Below are positions 55,783 to 64,000 of a stretch of DNA of 64,000 bases, piece after piece (the first letter of the stretch is position 1; every line of letters begins with the position of its first letter). The DNA is taken from NCBI GenBank assembly GCA_946965045.2, contig OX337230.1, positions 1,302,001 through 1,366,000 of the forward strand. The letters run 5' to 3'. Source of the DNA: Epithemia pelagica. Taxonomy: Eukaryota > Protista > Bacillariophyta. The notes below the pieces were generated by a model. That model saw nothing but the letters and a program-made list of their open reading frames with translations. It searched no databases and was not told where the DNA came from. The translations under genes were made by a program, and so were the position numbers.

Positions 55783-56298
55783 GGCAAAGCTGTCAGTTAT
55801 CCTCTACAAGTAGAAATTGGCAGTGGACAGCTGCTCACTTGGTTTATGATTACATTTCATGACCTTCGACAACATACGGATGATGACTTAAGAAGAGGTT
55901 GACAGTTGACACGAACGCTTCACGTCCTTCTTCATTCGTCAATCGCTCAATTGCCATCCATCAACGAAGGCGTAACAATCTCCTTCATGTTCATGGCTTG
56001 GGTGAACAACAATGATCAACACATCTACTGATTACGACCGCTCGGAAGTATTAATCGCGTGAGTTCCCAGCACGTTCCAGTTTGGTCGCGTAGATTCCTG
56101 CCGCATCACCTGATCCCTCGAACCCAATTTATGACTCCTGACACTTTGTGTGTCAAAAATCGTTTGGTTGTGGTTCTCCTTGTCTCATGAGAGAAATCTT
56201 TGTACGAAAGATTGTCGAAACAATTGAGACTGTCTGTGGCATTATTCCATCAACATTTTCCCTTCGTTGTCCATTCGTTACACTCTAGAGCCTGACGT

Positions 56299-58416
56299 AT
56301 GAATATAAGGATGATGCTCTCTATCAAACCTCTCTTTGAACAGCACTCTGGTCGTACCTTTGGATGGAATGATCTTAGCCAGGGGGAGCTGGTCGATTCT
56401 TTGGATCACCAGAAAGCTCTCTTGATTCGTGGTGTGGACAATCCCCTGTCGGTGGAAGAATTTGGGAAGCTTCTGGTTGGATTCAACCTAGAGAGTTATC
56501 CTTATGTTGGCGGCGCTGCGCCTCGAACAATCATTCCTGTCTCTGCGGGAAAGGACATTATCTTTACAGCCAATGAAAGGTACGTTCCATATTGCTGGTT
56601 GCGTCTTGTTTTCCTCGTCGGCAGGGATCTCATATGACGCAACTTAGTCCTCCACAAGAACCCATTCCGTTCCATCATGAGCTTGCCCAAACGCCGAATC
56701 CTCCCGAATATATATTTTTCTATTGTGACACTCCCTCTGACCATGGAGGAGAGACACCAATCATTGATTCGACACTGGTATACCGGTTTGCCCAAGAGAA
56801 TCACCCTGAGTTTATCAAGAAGTTGTTCCAAGTTGGAGCTCGCTACATTCGTACGCTACCCGCCGACGATGACCCACTTTCCCCGATTGGTCGGTCGTAC
56901 AAGAATACCTGGCATGTCAAGACACCCAAAGAGCTTGAAGAAAAGCTGTCCAAGATTGATGGGTGTTCGTGGGAATGGAAAGAAGACGGATCAGTGAGAA
57001 TTACAACAGAAGCTGTCCCTGCCCTTCGTCTTGTCAAGGAGCATTCGCAGAACTATGTTTTTCAATACACCTTTGCCAATAGTGTTGTTGCGGCATACAT
57101 GGGATGGCAAGATGCACGAAACAACCGTTTCGACGCGCTTCGATACGGAGACATGGAAAAAATGCCCAAGGACGTTTTGGAAAGTATCGCTTCGTTCATG
57201 CAGAGTCACCGTGTTCTGCACAAGTGGAAAAAAGGCGATATGTAAGTGACCTCAAGAAGGGTCTCTCCTCGTTTCAAGTGTGGTCAATGGATATTCAGCT
57301 CTAACAGACCTATTCTTTTTGATCCTCAGCATGGCCTTGAACAACCAGCTTGTCATGCACAGCCGCAATCCGTTCACTGGACCACGCAAAGTATATGCTT
57401 CGATATGGGGAGCCCCACGCATTGATGACGGAGTTTACAGGGCAGGGAAGGTTCCATCGAAGTGGTACAAGGAACTGGCACCTCAGGATCCTCTCGTGTT
57501 TGGATTTTGGAAGGTACCCAAAGATATTTGTGCCGACGCGTGCTACAATGCGATCAAGGCGGGATACCGTCGACTCGATTGTGCATGCGATTATGGTAAC
57601 GAAAAGGAGGTTGGTGAGGGAATTGCGAGAGCTCTGAAGGATGGCTTATGTGCAAGGAAAGATCTGTTTATTACCAGCAAGCTCTGGAATACGTATCACA
57701 AACGAGAGCATGTTCCAATGGCCTTAGATCGCACTCTCAGTGACCTCCAGTTGGATTACCTTGATGAGTATTTGATCCATTTTCCCATTACGATGGAATA
57801 TGTTCCTTTTGAGGAGAAGTACCCTCCAGAGTGGCACAACATGCAGGGGAAGATGGTTGTCGTGGATCATGACATAATGGAGACTTGGAAAGCCATGGAA
57901 GATATGGCCAAAGCGGGAAAGTGCAGGGAAATTGGTGTATGCAACTTCTCAACCCAACTTCTGCGTCACCTCCTGTCGAACTGCAGCATCCGACCATCTG
58001 TACTTCAGGTTGAGTTGCACCCCGAAAACTCACAAAAGCGACTTGTTCGCTTTGCCCGCGAACAAGGTATGCGAGTGACGGCTTTCTCGGTGTTTGGGGC
58101 GACGTCGTATGTAGAACTTGGTGGAGCGACACAAGATGAGTCTTTGTTGAACAACGAAATTATTCGAAACATTGCAAAGGAGAAAGAAAAGACTCCAGCT
58201 CAAGTTCTGATTCGGTGGGCCTTCCAAAGGGGGACTCTTCCGTTGTGTAAATCTTCCAAAGCGGAACGCATGGTTGAAAACCGTAAAGTGTTTGATTTTT
58301 ATCTCAATAAATCTGATATGGAGCAGATCGACAGCCTCAACAAAAATCGCCGCTACAATGATCCAGGAGACTTTTGTGAATCTGCATTTGGAACCTTTTG
58401 TCCCATCTATGAGTAG
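56299..58416 (+). CDS. Fusion protein: TauD/clavaminate-synthase-like Fe(II)/2OG dioxygenase + aldo-keto reductase (introns 56580-56647, 57242-57329)
   Basis: TauD: GGAAPR, ANE|SPP, FHHELAQ (HxE), WKKGD|IMALNNQLVMHSR. The same exon continues in frame into AKR motifs GYRRLDCACDYGNE, FITSKLWN, LDEYLIHFP, IGVCNF, QVELHP, AQVLIRW. Confidence 0.9.
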
Positions 58417-58738
58417 ATTGATGCCTTTAAGCTTTTACGAGTAACTCTATGTGTAAATAAGAGAGTTATAGTCTACTCCCGTACAATTCAAAGCGAGGAT
58501 GGATAACAGTGAACAGTACGAAAATTCATTCACGAGGTTTTCTCCAATAGTGGGGTCCCGCCAATGTGATTCTAATGATTCGGAAGCACATCCAAAAAAT
58601 CCACATTGGTCGGTCGTGGCCACAGACACACAATGGACCATGGTGCACGTCTGCGGACGATCACGGCAACTCCTCTCACGGTTCAAAATCTGGAAAGCTG
58701 CGTGCTATACCCACAATCTTCGCAACAGCATTCCTACC

Positions 58739-59785
58739 ATGGACCCACCGATTTCACACCGTGAAGACGGCAGTGGCAACGTCCACAGTCGTATTTCAAA
58801 TGATAGCCTTGCTGCGACTGCAGCGAAAACGCAAGCAATGTTGAAAGAGCATTTTCCCAGGACACTTCATGACGTACCACCAGAACTTCACCCTCTCCCA
58901 CCGTTTGTCTCGAAAGAGCAATGGACCCTTCTTGGAAATGCCATTCGAACTGCAGAAAATCCCACGGTACTTTCCATTCCTGGAAAATATTGGATCTCAC
59001 TTCGCTGTGATGGAAATGGATTTGGTCGATTCATCAAAAAACTCAAAAAGCATGGTGTCTTCACTGATCAGGGCTGGTCACCTACCATGGCCTCTGTCAT
59101 GACCAAATGTTGTCGTGAACTCATGTCCAAATTTGCCGCTAAATGCGGCTTCACGCAGTCGGATGAAATAACCGTTCTCATTCCACCCACAAGTGTGGAT
59201 GCTAAAAACGGGCAAGTTCATCATCCACACGCCCACAATGGTCGTGTTCAAAAACTCTGCTCTTTGGCCGCGGCACTTGTCACCGCTACCTTCAATAATG
59301 AGATTGTTCGACTGTGCCACAAGCACGGAATCACTGCATATGATGACAATGACCACGATGATGGTCTTTTTCTGGCATGTTTTGATTGCCGTGTTGGAAT
59401 GTATGAGACTGAACAAGAGGCATTATCGGTTCTTCTGTGGAGGTCATATGATTGCGGAGTTAATGGTGTCAGCGACGCAGTCTTTTCTCTCAAAGGTATG
59501 GTGGAAGGAGCTGGTGCCATGGTGAAAGAGAGTACAGATCACAAACTAAAGTGGCTTTACGAACACTCCAAGTTGCCATTGCCACCTCATCAGCGAGAGG
59601 GAGCCTACTTTGTCAAAAGAAGACGGCGCGTTGTAGCTAAGGATCACATCACCAATCTACCCGTGACGTGTCTGCGATCGAGGATTGAGCAAGTGGAGGG
59701 CAATGTGTTGACACTTTTCAAAAACAATGCCCTTTTTCCACCCGACGAAGAAATGGATACCTCCGAAGCTTGCGATGACATTTGA
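58739..59785 (+). CDS. Thg1-like 3'-5' polymerase / tRNAHis guanylyltransferase family protein
   Basis: ISLRCDGNGFGRF, FTQSDEITV, HNGRVQKLCSLAA, FDCRV, WRSYDCGVNGVS. An upstream in-frame ATG exists at 58499. Confidence 0.88.
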   Translation: MDPPISHREDGSGNVHSRISNDSLAATAAKTQAMLKEHFPRTLHDVPPELHPLPPFVSKEQWTLLGNAIRTAENPTVLSIPGKYWISLRCDGNGFGRFIKKLKKHGVFTDQGWSPTMASVMTKCCRELMSKFAAKCGFTQSDEITVLIPPTSVDAKNGQVHHPHAHNGRVQKLCSLAAALVTATFNNEIVRLCHKHGITAYDDNDHDDGLFLACFDCRVGMYETEQEALSVLLWRSYDCGVNGVSDAVFSLKGMVEGAGAMVKESTDHKLKWLYEHSKLPLPPHQREGAYFVKRRRRVVAKDHITNLPVTCLRSRIEQVEGNVLTLFKNNALFPPDEEMDTSEACDDI

Positions 59786-59926
59786 CCCGGGCGCTGAGCG
59801 GAGGCGAGCTCGTGCACTGAGCGGAGACGATCTGGAATATCAACACGTTAGGTACTAAGAAAGGTTTGACGAGGGGATCAGACTACGAGGTAAACGGCTG
59901 CATTAACTTAATTCTGGGAGTTCAAG

Positions 59927-59970
59927 TATGCTAGATGAGTAAGAGATTTATGCTAGATGAGTAAGAGATT
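59927..59970 (+). repeat. Perfect 22-bp tandem duplication spanning the DUF1517 gene stop codon
   Basis: TATGCTAGATGAGTAAGAGATT x2. Confidence 0.9.
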
Positions 59971-61438
59971 TGGGTAGCTAGTGTACACATCCTCTTGAGT
60001 CAAATTATCTTCATTTCGATCGCCTGGTATCCAAATAACCTCCCCGGCAAACAAACAATTTTCGACGCGGGCATCCGATGCAATGCGCTCCAGAGCGTTG
60101 GTCAAGTCGTCACGATTCTTGACGATTAGAAAATACGTGGAATCTCCATCAATGGCAAGATTCAGATTCACAATGGCAATGGTTGCTCTGGACGACAGAG
60201 ACGACTCATTCGGTAAAGATTTATGGGCCATGTACCCACCCCCAAAACGATCCACTATTAACAAAGGCCACGAGGCACGTTAGAGAACAACCCACACGGA
60301 ACAGTAACTCAAAAGACTCAATCTCTGACTCATACCTGATTCCCTATCGTATTTGCTTCTGTTCTCAACTGACTGCTTATTGAAATCTCGTTGTGCTTTT
60401 TCAGGGTCCGAATAGTGGTTCGAATCTACATGCATGGATGTAATGGCTTCCTCGTTACGTAAGAGCTCCAGTGCCACTGAATGAGTAAATAAGGAGTGAG
60501 TTGAACCTTTACTGGATCTTTGATCTCTGACCAATGGCTGTCATCAAGAATATCTCACCTTCGGCAAGGAGATATTGGACTCCTTGTCTGGTACTCGTAT
60601 CTACCATCTCTGCAATGTTTTTTAAACGGTTCAATATGCACATGGGGTCATCACGATCTGGGACGTTGACTGCAACCGTTATTGAGGAAGCAGTAGCTCC
60701 GGGACCCAAGGGTCCACTTTGCATGTCGTCATAGCGCCGGTCATGCTTGCCAGCATTCTTCAAAAACCCGTATGTGATCAATGCTCCTGTCCCCCCGAGG
60801 ACAAGAGTATCTCCCAACGAAAAGGAGGTGGCCACTCTCTCTGGACTGCGAACATAGACAACGCCACGTGGCATTGGATTGTGATAGACGGAGACGCGTG
60901 GGGCTCCTCCCACGACATGGACTCGCTCCGGCTGATACATCGAGGAGGAGGAATAACTCTTGAAGCTGCTCTTTTGAGGAGCAGGTCGTGAATAGGAAGG
61001 CCGCGAATATGATGATGAGGAAGATTTGAAGGAGCCTCCTGTTCGGTAACCACTCTTGGCTGTGGCTGGCATACCAAGGCTGCAGGCCCAAACAAGCATC
61101 AACGACAAAGTGAGACTCAGCAAACGTTTCCGAAATTTACGAAAACGAGACATCCATGTCGTTCGACTCTTCCAACATGACGATATCCACCCAAAGTTCT
61201 TGTTCGTGGTTGTATTGTCATCCAGTCGTCTCTGAGAAGAAGATGATGAGAGAAGAAATGTGCGTGTCTGGTGGTGCAAAAGATGATAGTGTGAGGTTCG
61301 ACTGTTTGGAACAGGTTCCGGTGGGACAAGAGATTTCAACGACCGATGCGATCGAGTCAAAGTCGATGCCCCTTGGAAGGAGTAACAGCGTCGCAACGCA
61401 GAAAGAAACAATACTACTATCGATGCCCTCATGGTCAT
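59953..61438 (-). CDS. DUF1517 / FLAP1-like plastid protein (introns 60477-60558, 60255-60335)
   Basis: Signal and transit leader, GYRTGGSFKSSSS, transmembrane segment, spliced QYLLAE|VALELLR and KYDRES|VDRFGG, C-terminal AGEVIWIPGDRNEDNLTQEDVYTSYPNL. Confidence 0.85.
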
Positions 61439-61664
61439 GTGATCACTAGCGAAAGGTGGGGGGAAGCAAAAATGAATGAGATTTGAGAAAATTCGATGTG
61501 GGACTGAATCTTTCCGCGTTCCCAGAGTCCGTACGTCGCCAGGATTTCGCGAGATGACATGACAGACACATCACTGACGACAGACAAAACGCGCCTTTCT
61601 CTAAATCCAATCGATCCATAATCCCTACCATCAACAGATCACGTCATTACAAGTCTATCCAACA

Positions 61665-62092
61665 ATGTTTTCAAAAGTTGCTGCCCTCCTTATGTTACTG
61701 GTGGTGATCTTGCCGGGTTACGCAACAGCTTTGGCATTTCCCGTCAAAATAACCTGTCAACTTCCTCCCCCATTTCTCTTCATTTTGGCTCAATTCACCA
61801 GGGACCTACCGTCGCAAGAATCTCTGCCATCACTACAGTCTTATCGGCCAAGAAGAAGGAGGGCAAGTTATCAGACAAGCGACGGTAACAATTGGGGGTT
61901 GGTGACGATGAAGACGAATATGATCTATCCATGGCGCTGGACGCAAACACTGATTCGTCTATATCCAAAATTGTGGCTGGTTCGCTCATTTTGACCATGC
62001 TTGCTCTTATTGTTGTTGGATTGCTCATCCCTCTGACTACGGACTATGGAGATGGTGTGTGTAATCCACTGTTGACACAAGGTCGTTGCTGA
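61665..62092 (+). pseudogene. Small plastid-type membrane protein gene with an in-frame TAA at 61886-61888 (predicted intron 61743-61801)
   Basis: Signal peptide ...ATALAFP, exon 2 GPTVARIS...KLSDKRR*QLGVGDDEDEYDL, then a transmembrane helix and C-terminal GVCNPLLTQGRC. The donor GTCAAA is atypical. Confidence 0.55.
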
Positions 62093-62140
62093 TTGAGATG
62101 CGTCATGGTCACAAAACATACAAGAGATTTGAGACAGAAA

Positions 62141-63110
62141 CTAATTTAAACCGCAGACATCCAAGTTTGTCATTGTCTTGGATTTGACCTTTTGTCGTCG
62201 TTCCAGGAACTTTTGGAAACCTTCAAATTCATTGAGCTGCGTATTGGTCATTGCGTTCCCATGAAGATTCAAATCGATCAATGGTGTTTCGGTAAAGAGT
62301 ACTTCTGGGATGGGTTGAGGATTCTTTGGAGTAAACACTGTGCTCTTGACTGTAATGGCGTTGTTCTTTAGGGACAGCACTTTGAGCTTTTTCATGTCGC
62401 CCATGGTTTCAGGAAGAACCGATATCTTATTCCGGTCCAGCCGCAGTTCTTGAAGGCCAAGAAGCGCCGAAATTGATGGAGGAAGTGTCCAGATTTCGTT
62501 ATCCGATAAATCGAGCATTTCCAATTTCACCAAGGTTGGTGCAATCACATGTTGAGGTACAACGACCAAGTGATTATGGGCCAGAGTTAATTGTTTCAGT
62601 GAGACTGGTAATGGTGGCACGGAATACGTCAGTGACACGTCTGCTCGGTCCGGAGTCTTTGGTGGTGGTGCCGCCGCTGCTTTGCCCTTTACTCCCTTCC
62701 CTGGTGTTGCAACATTTCCAAGCATATTGTTGGCGCATGATAAACTTTGTAATTTGACGAGTTTCGAAATCTCCGATAAGGAACCAGCAAACAGTGCATT
62801 TTTGTCCAAATTTAGAGATTTTAATTCTGTGAGAACAGATAAACGACCCAGTGATCTAATTTGGTTGCTGCTGAGATCAAGGGTTCGAATTTTCCTCAGT
62901 TCTTCAAAAGTAAAAAGGTCATTTGGGATTGAGTCCAGTCCATGTTCGCTCAAAGAAAGAACACCAAGCTTCTTGGCATTTTCCAATTTCTGTATCAAGT
63001 GTGAGTCGGATGAGCAGCACTCTTTGTCTCTATGTCAACTTAGTGCGAGGTATACTCACCTGAGCTGTTACTTTCTTGCCGGTGTGGTTTTTTGGTTGAG
63101 TGTTTCCCAT
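62141..63110 (-). CDS. Leucine-rich repeat protein (LRRC57-like) (intron 62990-63059)
   Basis: MGNTQPK...AQ|KLENAKKLGVLSL, repeated LxxLxLxxN motifs, PLIDLNLHGN. Confidence 0.88.
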
Positions 63111-63362
63111 GTTGAAATCTTCTTAGATACCCTGTTGATCTCTGATTGCACGAGCGCCATTGTGCAGGAAAACTGCGCAGTCGCGTTAAAACCGATTGTG
63201 GGACTAAAACGATTCACGACTCGATGGAATCAATGTCTATGTCGCCTCATGAGAGCTAGCATGATCAAAACGACTTCGCATCGAGAATCTCTCAAAGTTC
63301 CCGAAGATAATCATTTAGTGCTGCCAATCTTGCCGTCAAAGGGCTGAGGAAGATGGTCTCGA

Positions 63363-64000
63363 TCATGGCGTGCAAGAGGGATGATGGATGCAGCGCGATC
63401 TAAGCTTCGGGAAGAAACAGATGAATTTCCGCGGGAATCTTTCAATTTCAGGCACTACTTTGCCATGGGCAGAAGACAAACAGTGTTGGTCCACGATGTA
63501 TCTAGTAAACGAACCTGCAGATGTCAGGACATCGATCGACAAATTCAGGCAGAATATTGAGACTGCTCGAGGAACCAACAAGCTCCGCCGGAGTGAACCA
63601 TGAGCATTGAATGGTCGTGTTGACGACTATGGTATCGACTCCGCATTCATTGGCCTGGAAGATCATGCATCATGTCTCTACGCCACCTAGAGCACAATAC
63701 CAGGCAGTTTAGCCTATGTATTGCTTTTGTAGCACATGAAGAGGGTGGTTTGCCTCGTCTCAGAAACCAATGACCAACCTTCCCACTATAGGACGACTTC
63801 ACAAAGTCTTTCGGATGCAGCTTGGTCACTAGCGAGATCGTCCAAAATGGTTGCCAATACATTAAAAGGATCGCCTTGTTCTGTCCCAGTAGTAGACAAG
63901 GCTCGTTCGGCAAGACGAAGCGCGGTCTTACATCCAACCTTTTCTAGTCGTTGGATCAGTAGCTCTGCCATCTTCTGGAAATCCAGTGAGGGAAATGTTT
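63363..64000 (-). pseudogene. Possible decayed coding fragment running off the window end
   Basis: Protein-like helical stretch MAELLIQRLEK...ASERLCEVVL continues in frame through several TAG/TGA codons. No identity assigned. Confidence 0.3.

Noticed and set aside
60410-60430. GGTTCGAATC, resembling a tRNA T-loop
   Set aside because: It lies inside the DUF1517 exon with no cloverleaf around it. No tRNA or rRNA genes were recognised in the window.

Overview
Eukaryotic genomic DNA, most likely from a diatom. This is inferred from short GT-AG introns, bipartite plastid-targeting N-termini, and gene families and transposon types typical of diatoms. About 22 host genes flank a transposon-rich centre. 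They include a histidine phosphatase, NOP56, a P4H-like oxygenase, HslU, SulP/SLC26, an alpha/beta hydrolase, a TLDc protein, a mitochondrial citrate carrier, ELP2, APC10, TrmO, a CrtI-like desaturase, a Gfo/Idh/MocA dehydrogenase, a TauD-AKR fusion, a Thg1-like protein, DUF1517/FLAP1 and an LRR protein. The standout is a complete, apparently very young tyrosine-recombinase retrotransposon (13668-22719, minus strand) with Ngaro-type split direct repeats (A1-ORFs-B1-A2-B2). It has several unusual traits. Gag and pol are in the same frame, separated by a single UGA (candidate stop-codon readthrough). Pol starts with a degenerate C5 cytosine-methyltransferase-like fold and ends with a Dam-like remnant. 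The 15-nt spacer between A2 and B2 is exactly a perfect G-quadruplex motif. Repeat A carries clustered bZIP sites upstream of the SulP gene. Other mobile DNA: a decayed Gypsy with a 5-bp TSD, a 5'-truncated RNase H-bearing LINE (Ambal-like), a TIR element carrying decayed gene-like cargo, and a non-autonomous element with 85-bp TIRs. A head-to-head pair of the Gfo/Idh/MocA gene and the TauD-AKR fusion may be a small catabolic gene cluster. All protein calls come from motif recognition by eye; no searches were run.
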